From the NCBI GenBank assembly GCA_963778555.1, contig CAVZUR010000004.1, positions 180,151 through 244,150 on the forward strand: a DNA stretch of 64,000 nucleotides, written 5' to 3'. Below the pieces are notes generated by a model. The model saw nothing but the letters and a program-made list of their open reading frames with translations. It was not told where the DNA came from and made no database searches. The first letter of the stretch is position 1, and each line of letters starts with the position of its first letter. This DNA is from Candidatus Moraniibacteriota bacterium (GTDB taxonomy: Bacteria; Patescibacteriota; Minisyncoccia; Moranbacterales; UBA1568). Positions 41,860-51,308 of the stretch are shown piece by piece. The translations under genes were made by a program, and so were the position numbers.

Positions 41860-42369
41860 CTAATCTCTAGCACCTCGCCCATCTATTGTAGCCGACAGGT
41901 GGTACACGGCAATACCGCCGGCAACCGCGACATTGAGGGAATGTTTTCTGCCGCGCATCGGAAGCCGGATAACCGTATCGGCACGGGCGAGAGTCTGGAT
42001 CGACAGTCCAGTCACTTCATTGCCCACGATGAGGGCTGGGCGCTTCTTTGATTGTGGCTGCCAATCGCGATAGTCGACACTTTTCACTCCGACACCCTCT
42101 TCCAGCGCGACGATCTCATAGCCTTCTTTTTTGAGGCGCCGAAGAAGCGGGGCTAATGTTTTCACGCTTGTCCAGGAAACGGCCAGCTCCGCACCGAGAG
42201 CGGTCTTTTGGAGGGCTTTCTCAGCGAGCGTCAGCGCGAGTCGGCCGGGTTTCGGCGGCTGCGGCGTAATACCGACGAGATATATGTGCTCAACGCCCGC
42301 ACCATCCGCCGTCCGAAACAGCGCTCCGACATTATGCGCGCTCCGAAGATTGTCGAGAATCAGATGCAT
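41860..42369 (-). CDS. TrmH/SpoU family RNA methyltransferase
   Basis: DNLRSAHNVGALFRT, GNEVTG, PMRGRKHSLNVAVA. Confidence 0.93.
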   Translation of the reverse strand: MHLILDNLRSAHNVGALFRTADGAGVEHIYLVGITPQPPKPGRLALTLAEKALQKTALGAELAVSWTSVKTLAPLLRRLKKEGYEIVALEEGVGVKSVDYRDWQPQSKKRPALIVGNEVTGLSIQTLARADTVIRLPMRGRKHSLNVAVAGGIAVYHLSATIDGRGARD

Positions 42370-42381
42370 CGCAGCAGCCGA

Positions 42382-43422
42382 TTACGGAAATTGACGAAAT
42401 AACTCCTTCCCCTTCTCCCACACCGCTGGTGAATCTTTCTGTACCTTGAGCCAATACCACCATTCGCCGCCCCAAAGATAAATATCCTCGAAACCGACCC
42501 GCCGCGCATAGGTGACATTCTCCTCAAGGAGCTGTTCGTTCATCGTGATGAACTGCTCCTCGAGCGAGACGTTCGCGACCCAGCCAGCGGCCCACGGCTC
42601 GGCCTGCAGCTCGATAACGGAGAAGTGTACTTGATCCGTGAGCAGCCGGACGAATTGCTCTTTCGCCCGGAAGAAATTCGGACCGATGGGATAGGTCAGA
42701 TAGCCCCAGCCGCCTTTGTAGATCTTGCGATACATGGTCGTACCGAAGTAATCGCCCCGTTTCGCGGCCCGGTACCAGATAGACAATTCGCCGCTATCCG
42801 TCAGGAGGACGGGACGGGATGGATCCAGACGCTTGACCAGCGCAACTTCAGCTTCAAGGAAATCGACATCCAGCGGCGGGCACTCGCCGAAAAATACAAG
42901 GAAGGGCTCGTTCTCCACTTGCCAGGTTGTAATAACTTTTCGGTCCTTGTAGCGCTGGACGGTCCCCTGCATGAATTTTTTCAAAGCCGACTGGCGGTCG
43001 CCTGCAGCCGCATGCTTGGCCCACTCCGGAATATGGCATTCCGGCCAACGCGGCACGCGCTGACCGATTGACAGGATAACCGTCGCGCCGACGCGCTCCG
43101 CTTCCGCGAGCTGCCAATCGACATCGGCGTAGTCGAGCATTCCCGGTTCACGCTCAACGAGATCCCAGTAGACCGGCAGACGGAGTTTTTTCACGCCCAC
43201 ATCATCCAAGAGCGCCAGATACGTTTCCCGCCAATCGAGACCGAGATCCGTCGCATACCGCGAGGAAAAAGTCATGCCCAGATGAACGTCTTCACGCGGG
43301 GCTGGGCCCGGCAGATTGAAGTAGCCGAACAGGAGAAGCGTGACAAGCAGAATCGCGCCCAAGGTATAACTGATAATTTTTACGACGCCGCGCCAACGCG
43401 AATGGCTCGCTTGAACTTCCAT
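42382..43422 (-). CDS. membrane-anchored clan GH-A glycoside hydrolase-like protein
   Basis: LRLPVYWD, PRWPECHIP, WQVENEP, ELQAEPW. Confidence 0.8.
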   Translation of the reverse strand: MEVQASHSRWRGVVKIISYTLGAILLVTLLLFGYFNLPGPAPREDVHLGMTFSSRYATDLGLDWRETYLALLDDVGVKKLRLPVYWDLVEREPGMLDYADVDWQLAEAERVGATVILSIGQRVPRWPECHIPEWAKHAAAGDRQSALKKFMQGTVQRYKDRKVITTWQVENEPFLVFFGECPPLDVDFLEAEVALVKRLDPSRPVLLTDSGELSIWYRAAKRGDYFGTTMYRKIYKGGWGYLTYPIGPNFFRAKEQFVRLLTDQVHFSVIELQAEPWAAGWVANVSLEEQFITMNEQLLEENVTYARRVGFEDIYLWGGEWWYWLKVQKDSPAVWEKGKELFRQFP

Positions 43423-43425
43423 ATT

Positions 43426-44364
43426 CTAGAGGAACAAGAAATCAACCCCCTGCGTGACGGCCAGCCACATCCCCAGACCGATGAGAATGACCGCGATGCC
43501 TTTCTGAAACCAATCCCAGAAATACAGTTTTTCTTCAAAGATGTTCGGGAAGCGCAGCGCGAGCGGGACAGTCAAGATGAGGACAAAGGCGTACTGGACG
43601 CCGTTCAGCGCTTGGATAAAGGTAACCGGGCCGAGAAACGCTGCGTAGGTTAGGAAAAACGTCGCAATCGCGCCAAAAATCTTGTTCAGGATGAAAAGGA
43701 TGCCCGTCGTGACATGGTGCTTGTTTGACGATGAAAGTCCGCGGGTATTTTCAAGAATGGCCCGACGATACTCCGGAATGATGAAGAGGCTGAACCCGCC
43801 CAGAATAAAACCAAGGCGTGACCAAAGAAGCCCGTTGATGAAATCTGCGTGGCGATACCCAGTCTTCAGAAAGAGGAGCGACAGCGCCATCAAAGCCCCG
43901 GCAAGCAGGGTCGACTTCATCAACGCATCATTCTTTTTGAGCGGCAGATCAAACGCGATGAGAAAAGCGCCCGCCAAAAGAAGCAAGAGGGAGAGAAAAT
44001 GCCCGGGCGAGAAGGAGTAGTTGGCCGCCGGGCCAAACGCGAGTGACGCGACTCCAGCAATAATGGCGATTGAGATCCCGACCAAAGGAGCGACGCGCGA
44101 AATCTCGCTCCGCTTCACCGCGTTATAGAAAGCGACCAGACCATAGAGAAAAAGCACGCCTGAAATGACAAACACGATCGCCGTCTGCCACGGAATCGAT
44201 TGATACCCGAACGGGACGAGCACGACCGCGAAGAGCGAGAGGACGGAGACGAAAAAAGCGTAGACTACCGGCTCTTTAATCCGGCCTGAAAGCAGGAATT
44301 TGTCGAACAGGGCCGTGACCGCATTGAAGAAATAGCCCGCGAGCGCGAAAGTCAGCCAGTGCAT
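43426..44364 (-). CDS. EamA/DMT-family transporter
   Basis: about 10 TM with duplicated EamA-like halves. Confidence 0.75.
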   Translation of the reverse strand: MHWLTFALAGYFFNAVTALFDKFLLSGRIKEPVVYAFFVSVLSLFAVVLVPFGYQSIPWQTAIVFVISGVLFLYGLVAFYNAVKRSEISRVAPLVGISIAIIAGVASLAFGPAANYSFSPGHFLSLLLLLAGAFLIAFDLPLKKNDALMKSTLLAGALMALSLLFLKTGYRHADFINGLLWSRLGFILGGFSLFIIPEYRRAILENTRGLSSSNKHHVTTGILFILNKIFGAIATFFLTYAAFLGPVTFIQALNGVQYAFVLILTVPLALRFPNIFEEKLYFWDWFQKGIAVILIGLGMWLAVTQGVDFLFL

Positions 44365-44418
44365 GGAGTTTCTTTTCCTCCATTATACCCTGACTCATCC
44401 AAAGAGAGGAGGGAATCG

Positions 44419-45160
44419 CTACTTCCGAGCGATGGCACGAAAGTACACATCGACATCCGAGACCCACTTCCGCACGCTCTCCGGCGAATGCGTCGCGCAT
44501 GAAGAGCCACATTTCCAAATGGTCAGCTGTGCCGGTTCGCTTGAGCGCTCACGCGTGACCAGCTCCTGTAATCGGTTCCCGATCGCGTGCACAGCTTCAG
44601 CTTCATCGGAGAAACAGCCATGCCCCATCGCCACACCACGCGTGCCGGGACCCTTATAGCCCCAGTAATTGAAACAGTCAGCCCCATCACTGGTACGCGG
44701 CACTCGCTTCCCCCAATTGCTTTCTTTCTTCCCGATACCGATGATAAGTCCGGCGATATCCTGGTCATACTCAGCGATGAAAGGTATCATCGCCTCGATC
44801 GGATAGCCAGCGACAATTTTCCGAAGCTCGCTCTCGAATGGAGAAGGTTCTGCGCCGACCGCCTCACTCACCTCGTTTCGCGAAGTGTGAACTGGCCTGG
44901 CCAAAAAGACCTGATCGCAAGACAGAGTTTCAGCTCGCTTGTGGCCAGCCGCCGACGTAAAAAAACTGTAGTCCTGCTGCCATTCACACAAACTCACGAC
45001 CACCCGAGAACGTTCAGCTGCTCCATCAGTCGATGCACCCAGCGCGGCGAAAGGAACGGAAATCACGCCAGAGACAGGCGATTCCCAGAAGGACCGGCAG
45101 ACTGATACATTGTCCTAACCGACGACTCAACGAATGTCCTGCAATACCTGATAGAAACAT
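44419..45160 (-). CDS. lysozyme-like-fold hypothetical protein, paralog 2 (probable frameshift near 45070)
   Basis: GKKESNWG..DCFNYWGY..GCF..WKCGSSC; likely leader MFLSG... in a shifted frame. Confidence 0.7.
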
Positions 45161-45380
45161 GAAACGTGGCCAATGATTAGGCATCCTGATTGTGGATACC
45201 GCCAAAAGACGCAAATCTGAGAATAGCATCTTCGAAGCGGCAGTCAACAGCTGTTTCCTATATAATTTTGATATTGCGGCTCTCTCAAGCAAAAAACCGT
45301 CCAATGAGACGGTATTTATCAGAACACGAAAAATAATAATGTCAAGTATGAGATTAGGGGGAGATCAGCCGTGCCGGTAA

Positions 45381-46364
45381 TTATTCCCCGCCCCCTTCTT
45401 GCTCGTTCAGCTCCTTGAAATACATGTCGACATCGGCAATCCACTTCCGGACGCTCTCACGGGAGTGACCATCGCAGCTGTAGCCGCATTTCCAAATGAT
45501 CATCTTGGCTGGCGTATCGATCTTGGATGAATTGATCAGTGTCTCGATACGGAGCGCCACCGTATCGACAGCGTCCTTGCGGCTATTGAAACAGGTATGT
45601 CCGCCGGTTCCCATCAGCCGCCGAATACCCCGGTAGCCCCAATAGTTGAAGCAGTCTTGGCCATCCAGTACCGGCACTCGCTTCCCCCAATTGCTTTCTT
45701 TCTTCCCGATACCAATAAGGAAGGCCGCCACGATGCGGTCTTTTTCCAATATATACGGGAGCATCGCTTCAATCGGATAGCCCTTTACCAGCTCTTCAAT
45801 CTGCTGGCTGTATTCTTCTTTTTCCGCCTCGCTAAAGAATTGAAGGAAGAGGTCATCATTCGGATCATACTTCTTCTCCCCCGAAAGTTCGCGGGCGATT
45901 TTCTCTTCTTCTCCATCAGCCTCCGCTACTACCGCCGCTGATTCAGCCGACTGTGCGCTCGCATCGTCGCCTTTCAAATCCTGAATGACTGACATCGAAA
46001 CCACTCCGAAGCTAACGCCCGCAAAGAGCGAAGCATAGAGGGCTTTTTTCGGCGACAAATTTCCCGCCTCAGGAAGAAGACGGCCGAATTTTCGACTGGC
46101 ATGCCGAAAAAAGATGAAGAGCCGGCGGACCAGCATGAGCTTGCGCCATTCATGCCGAAACGACGCAACGGAGCTCGTCTTGGTCCGCTCCCGGAGCAAA
46201 ACCGCATCCAGCTGTCGCCGAGCCCGGAGCATCGAAGGAGAGACGATGGGGCGCGGTGCCAGACTCGGCCGCGGCGAGCGGTATTCACTCCCGCGCGCAA
46301 TGCCATCAAAGAGCATCTTAGAGCGCGAAATCGATTGGGGCTTGGGTGGGGCGACTTCTCGCAT
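45381..46364 (-). CDS. lysozyme-like-fold hypothetical protein, paralog 1, TM-anchored
   Basis: same C-terminal domain as the neighbour. Confidence 0.75.
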   Translation of the reverse strand: MREVAPPKPQSISRSKMLFDGIARGSEYRSPRPSLAPRPIVSPSMLRARRQLDAVLLRERTKTSSVASFRHEWRKLMLVRRLFIFFRHASRKFGRLLPEAGNLSPKKALYASLFAGVSFGVVSMSVIQDLKGDDASAQSAESAAVVAEADGEEEKIARELSGEKKYDPNDDLFLQFFSEAEKEEYSQQIEELVKGYPIEAMLPYILEKDRIVAAFLIGIGKKESNWGKRVPVLDGQDCFNYWGYRGIRRLMGTGGHTCFNSRKDAVDTVALRIETLINSSKIDTPAKMIIWKCGYSCDGHSRESVRKWIADVDMYFKELNEQEGGGE

Positions 46365-46368
46365 GGGT

Positions 46369-46746
46369 TCAGATTCCGGCTTTTTGTTTGAAGAATTCGA
46401 TCACTTTCGGCGTCCCAATCAGGCACTTTCCATCGGAAAAAACAAACGGGACGGCGACTTCCTCGGCTTTCAGGGCGCAGATTCCGGCCGCCTCGCGCAT
46501 GAGTGCAGCATTCGCCCGGTCATGCCACACTTCGCGCTTCACAAAGCTGAATTTTTCTTCGATCTTATTCTCATCGAGAAAAGCTCGGACATCACGACAA
46601 TGAGGGCACTCTTCGCCATAAAAATACGTCGTGACGGTTGCGTCGAACGCTTCTTTGGCACCCTCACTTTGGAGGCCCCACCAGACAAGTCCACCGATGA
46701 GGAATACGATTCCGAGCGCCAGGCCGATCAATGGTCGTTTTTCCAT
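46369..46746 (-). CDS. membrane-anchored glutaredoxin/thioredoxin-like protein
   Basis: CPHC motif and VP motif. Confidence 0.85.
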   Translation of the reverse strand: MEKRPLIGLALGIVFLIGGLVWWGLQSEGAKEAFDATVTTYFYGEECPHCRDVRAFLDENKIEEKFSFVKREVWHDRANAALMREAAGICALKAEEVAVPFVFSDGKCLIGTPKVIEFFKQKAGI

Positions 46747-46756
46747 AGCTTTTATC

Positions 46757-47584
46757 CTAGTATACCACGCGTTTCCGGGAAAGAATGAGCACGATGAGCG
46801 CCATGAACGCCATCATGATAGAAAAGGTTTGTCCGAGAGTGAAGAAATTCAGCACCAGTCCAGCGGAGGCGGCTGGCTCACGATAGCCTTCCGCCACAAA
46901 GCGGAGGCCCGCATACGCGAACAGAAAAAGCGCCGTCATGCGTCCCGGCGTTGAAATACGCTTCTCCCCCGCCACTCTCAGTACCAAAAAAAGGACAATG
47001 CCCTCGAGCACAGCTTCATACAGCGTTACCGGATGCAGCAGACTTTCGGGCGCCGCCGGGAAACGCATTCCCCACGTCACGCTCGTTACGCGACCCATGA
47101 TCTCCTGATTGAGAAAATTTCCGATCCGACCGAAGAAGAGCGCCACCGGTACTGCCTGCACGAGCGCATCGGAGAACCGGAAGAATTCCCGCTTTGCTTC
47201 ACGTGTGAATATCCAGAGTCCGATCATACCGCCAATCAGTCCCCCATGAAAACTCATGCCGCGAATGCCAATCCAAACCCCCTGTGTGAAATCATACGGG
47301 GAAACGATACGCCATGGTTCCCGAAAATAGTCGCCGCCGCCATAGAAAACCACATAACCAATCCGAGCACCAATCAGCACGCCCCACAATAGGGTAATGA
47401 TGAGCTCGATCGAAACCGAAGCATCGCTCAGGAGTCCACGTCGCCGGACGAGGCGAATAAAATAGAGCGACGTGAGTACGGCGCCGGCCATGTACATGAG
47501 GGCGTACCATGTCACCGACAGACTGCCGATGGACACAGCAACCGGGTCGAGTGCAAGCGGGAGCGACTGCCACGACTGGAGCAT
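46757..47584 (-). CDS. lgt: prolipoprotein diacylglyceryl transferase
   Basis: WYALMY, GARIGYV, GMSFHGG, GRIGNFLNQE, HPVTLYE. Confidence 0.95.
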   Translation of the reverse strand: MLQSWQSLPLALDPVAVSIGSLSVTWYALMYMAGAVLTSLYFIRLVRRRGLLSDASVSIELIITLLWGVLIGARIGYVVFYGGGDYFREPWRIVSPYDFTQGVWIGIRGMSFHGGLIGGMIGLWIFTREAKREFFRFSDALVQAVPVALFFGRIGNFLNQEIMGRVTSVTWGMRFPAAPESLLHPVTLYEAVLEGIVLFLVLRVAGEKRISTPGRMTALFLFAYAGLRFVAEGYREPAASAGLVLNFFTLGQTFSIMMAFMALIVLILSRKRVVY

Positions 47585-47587
47585 ACG

Positions 47588-48682
47588 TCAGTTTTCACTG
47601 TAACTCTCAAGCTGACTCTTGAACTCCATGGAATAGATCTCGCCCAGCGCGAGGAAGAGCGACACAATGATAGGCCCGATGATGAATCCCGGGAGACCGA
47701 AGAGTGCGATGCCGCCCAAAGTTGCGAAGAAAACCATCAGCGGGTGCATCTGGGTATCTTTCCCGACGAGCTTCGGTCGCAAGATATTATCAATCAGCGA
47801 GATCACCCCGAACCCCACGATCAGGATGAAGACACCCTGCCAAATCTGGCCCAACAGGAGAAGAATGATACCGACTGGCAGCCACACCAGGCCGGATCCG
47901 ACGAATGGGATGATCGAGAGCAGAATCATAAGAAGTCCCCAGATTGCGGGCGAAGGCACTCCGACGATCCAAAAAGCCAGCCCGCCGAGCAATCCCTGGA
48001 TGGCGCCGACAACCAGCGTGCCCTTCAGTGTCGCCCGGCTGATCGAGATGAATTTCGTCGCCAGAAGCGTTTCATGTTCGGTCTTGAGCGGTGAGAGCTT
48101 GATGAGATGACCGAACGCCTTCTGCCCATCGATGAGAAAATAGAAAAGGGTAAAGAACATGACAAACACCCAGAAGATGAAGTGTGTCACGCTCTGGTAG
48201 GCGGCCTGGAGCAGCCCGAGGGCGTTCTGGCTAAATTGCCGGATATCTTCCATCACGCTTTCTGTCGTGAACGCTGCATCCTTGAAAACAATCTGACCAA
48301 AAGCGGTCTGGTGGATCGTATTGACCGTGGTTTCGACAACACCGGCAAATGAGCGCTCTTCGCCGATGCTATGGTACAAATGATTCGCTTCGGCCACCGC
48401 CAAAGAAAGGACGGAGAGGATCGGGGTGACAATAATGAGTGCCACCAACAGGCACGTCACCAGGGAAGCGCTCGTCTCTCTATCGCCAAATATCCGTTTC
48501 AGCGATTCATAGACCGGCCGGAACAGGACCGAAAGAATCGCCGCCGCGACAATGGCCGTGAGAAAAGGCTGGAAAATGAAGAATACCGTGCCGCCCACGA
48601 TAAACATGATGAGGAAGAAGAAATAGATGTTGAGATTGCGTACCTGCATACCAGAAAACGAGCTGATTTTATCACGTATCAA
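47588..48682 (-). CDS. AI-2E family transporter
   Basis: FYFLIDG, IPFVG, DNILRPKLVG, GFIIGP. Confidence 0.92.
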   Translation of the reverse strand: MIRDKISSFSGMQVRNLNIYFFFLIMFIVGGTVFFIFQPFLTAIVAAAILSVLFRPVYESLKRIFGDRETSASLVTCLLVALIIVTPILSVLSLAVAEANHLYHSIGEERSFAGVVETTVNTIHQTAFGQIVFKDAAFTTESVMEDIRQFSQNALGLLQAAYQSVTHFIFWVFVMFFTLFYFLIDGQKAFGHLIKLSPLKTEHETLLATKFISISRATLKGTLVVGAIQGLLGGLAFWIVGVPSPAIWGLLMILLSIIPFVGSGLVWLPVGIILLLLGQIWQGVFILIVGFGVISLIDNILRPKLVGKDTQMHPLMVFFATLGGIALFGLPGFIIGPIIVSLFLALGEIYSMEFKSQLESYSEN

Positions 48683-49666
48683 TACCCCGATTATAGCCGG
48701 AAATAGCCGATTTGGGAAAAACCTGGAAATTCGGCTTCCCGAGAAGTATCTGAGCGTTCACAGAGAGCGTCAATTTTCCCCGAATCAGCTGCTTGGCATG
48801 TGGCGGTCGGACAGACAGAGTCAATCCGTAGTGTCTTTCGAAATAGGCTTTGATACCAGTGCGCGTAGCATAGCCTTTCGGTAGGAGAAAGGGTTGATAT
48901 TTTTTTTGGTTCGAAGAATAGTACTGTCGGTGTTTCTCGTGAAGAATGACGATAGCCCGGGCTTCGGTCCAATCCTGTCGCCCGGTGAGTCTCATCGTTT
49001 TCTTTTTCTCCTCCTGTTTTCCACGCTCACGATAATACACGCACCGGAAACGAAGCGGGCAGGCCTCGCATTTCGGCTGGGCGACACAGAGCGCGCTGCC
49101 GAAATCCATGAGGGCCGCGTTCAGGGATTTTCTTGGCGTCATAAACTTGGCCTCAAAGGAACCTTCGTCGATCAGAGCTTGCCGTGTCCCAAAGAAAAAA
49201 CGGCCGATGACTCGCTTCAGATTCGTATCCCAGGCCAAGTGATTGTCCCGAAAGGCGAAACTCAGAATAGCCGCCGCTGTATACGGTCCGATACCGGGAA
49301 TTTTCTCAAGGAGTTTTTTTCACGCGGGAATTTTCCAGCATACTTGTTCGCGATAATCTGAGCCGCCAGGAGCATATTGCGTCCCCGCGCATAGTAGCCC
49401 AGCCCGGCATAATACGGGAGAAATTCCTCCCAGCTAACCCGTGCCAACATCTCGACCGTTGGAAACTTTTTGAGAAAACGCGTGTAGTACCCGATCACCC
49501 GCGACACCTGCGTCTGCTGCAACATAATCTCCGATACCCACACTTCGTACGCTGTAATCCCCCTCTTCCGCCAGGGCAATTCCGTCCTGCCCGCTTTGCG
49601 GAAAAAATCCATCAGGTACCGCTCAAAAAATACAATTTTGTCTTTCCGAATTGACATAGACATCAT
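48672..49666 (-). CDS. mutY: A/G-specific adenine glycosylase (frameshift near 49320)
   Basis: LPWR, VWVSEIMLQQTQV, GLGYYAR, DTNLKRV, CVAQPKCEACPLRFRC. Confidence 0.9.
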
Positions 49667-49670
49667 TCTT

Positions 49671-50747
49671 TCAATCCTGGATGACTCCCCCACCCAGACA
49701 GTACTCACCGCTGTAAAACACGGCGTATTGACCCGACGCAATCCCAGTGTCGGTTTCTTTTTGAAGCACGACTTCGAGCGTATTTTCGTCTTGCCACTGA
49801 ACTTGGCAGCCATATTCCTTTGGTCCATGGCGCAGCTTCACCGAAAGCCCCATACCATCTTCCGGCTTTTCATTAAACCAATTCAGATTTGTCACGGTGA
49901 AGGAGTTCCGGGCTCGTTCCGCCCGATGCTCCGCATGTGAAATCGAGATGGTATTCGTCACTCTGTCCTTTGCCACCACATACCACGGTCCGCCCGACAA
50001 GCCGATACCCTCCCGCTGACCGATAGTGAAATACCAAAAGCCCTGGTGTTCACCGAGTACCTTCCCGGTCTCGGATTCTACGAGCGGGCCTTTTTTTACT
50101 CCGAGGTGGTGTTTGAGAAACGCATCGAAGGGAATCTTGCCAAGAAAACAAATACCCTGGCTATCTTTGCGTTTCGCGTTCGGGAGTTGGAACCTCTCAG
50201 CTAACGCCCGGACTTCTGGCTTCGTATACTGGCCGATGGGAAAGAGCGCCCGGGACAGCTGCGCCTTCGAAAGCTGAGATAGAAAATAAGTCTGGTCCTT
50301 CACTTCATCGAGCGTCTTCTTCAGATATATGTTCCCTCCTCGTTTCTCTCCCTGTGCATAGTGCCCAGTCGCAACCTTCGCATAGCCGTCCCCAATCGCA
50401 TCGGAAAATGCACCGAACTTGATCCGCGCATTGCAGAGCATATCGGGATTCGGTGTCCGGCAGGCCTTCACTTCGCTGATCGCCTCCGCCACCACGCGCT
50501 CCCAATACTCTTTCTGAAGCGGTATGATTTCAAGCGGCACGCCGAGCTGGTCCGTCACGGCCCGAACAAATTGCAAGTCCTCTTCCCAGGGACAGTCGCC
50601 CAAAAATGCCAGCTCATCCTCCAGCCAGATTTTTATATAGAACGCGGTCACATCGAAACCTGCCACTTTGAGAAGGGCGAGGGCGACCGAGCTATCAACG
50701 CCGCCCGAAACCAGAACGGCGATTTTTTCATTTTTTTCGGCAGTCAT
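49671..50747 (-). CDS. mnmA: tRNA 2-thiouridine synthase
   Basis: SGGVDSSV, TPNPDMLCN, ATGHYA, KDQTYFL, DSQGICF, TIGQR. Confidence 0.97.
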   Translation of the reverse strand: MTAEKNEKIAVLVSGGVDSSVALALLKVAGFDVTAFYIKIWLEDELAFLGDCPWEEDLQFVRAVTDQLGVPLEIIPLQKEYWERVVAEAISEVKACRTPNPDMLCNARIKFGAFSDAIGDGYAKVATGHYAQGEKRGGNIYLKKTLDEVKDQTYFLSQLSKAQLSRALFPIGQYTKPEVRALAERFQLPNAKRKDSQGICFLGKIPFDAFLKHHLGVKKGPLVESETGKVLGEHQGFWYFTIGQREGIGLSGGPWYVVAKDRVTNTISISHAEHRAERARNSFTVTNLNWFNEKPEDGMGLSVKLRHGPKEYGCQVQWQDENTLEVVLQKETDTGIASGQYAVFYSGEYCLGGGVIQD

Positions 50748-50816
50748 ACTCTGTACTGTAACAAAAAAAGCAAGGCGCTGTGCGAGGCGCCTTGTTCACA
50801 ACCGTTCCGCGAGGGC

Positions 50817-51227
50817 TTATGGGGACTGATACCGTTCAGTCTCCCGGACCCGCTGTCGGAACTTCCGTAAGAATTCCACGAGTTGTTCCCGGTGTCCGTA
50901 CTGGCCGCTCGACTTCGTCGTTGCCAAAACGGAAAGTTGGTCTTTCACCCATTTAATGCTGCAATCGGCATCGCTGGCGGCATTGGTGATGTCGTTGAAA
51001 ATCTCAAGCGGGTAATCCGCGAATGTGGGACGACTGTGCAGGCCGTCACTGATCACTCGGCGCACGAGATTGAGCGCGCCCATCTCCTGATACGCCTGAC
51101 CTAGTCCGCCATTGGCGGGACGAAAGAAATAGCGCCTGCTCGAAAGCGTCTGAATAACGATATCAGTAGACGACAACAAGTCAGTCAACGCCGGAAAGGG
51201 CGGACGGGACGAATTTCTCTTGGCCAT
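50817..51227 (-). CDS. hypothetical protein
   Basis: AAGGAG RBS and downstream hairpin at about 50768-50796. Confidence 0.6.
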   Translation of the reverse strand: MAKRNSSRPPFPALTDLLSSTDIVIQTLSSRRYFFRPANGGLGQAYQEMGALNLVRRVISDGLHSRPTFADYPLEIFNDITNAASDADCSIKWVKDQLSVLATTKSSGQYGHREQLVEFLRKFRQRVRETERYQSP

Positions 51228-51308
51228 GCAGCACTCCTTGTAGTAGTGGGGTTGGGAAAGAATCAGCTAAAGAACGAGGCACTACTCTATCCCCGTTCAG
51301 CGAGCATG

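Noticed and set aside
45160-45380. Riboswitch upstream of the lysozyme-like gene
   Set aside because: Only a promoter-like TTGACT..TATTCT and a short hairpin are visible, with no recognisable aptamer consensus.
4925-49666. Many split genes (two GTs, Clp, xseA, LamG, VanZ, mutY and others) as pseudogenes or programmed frameshifts
   Set aside because: They are short indels with otherwise intact motifs and no shared slippery site, so long-read consensus error is the simplest explanation. The LamG shifts fall at repeat boundaries, where mis-polishing is expected.
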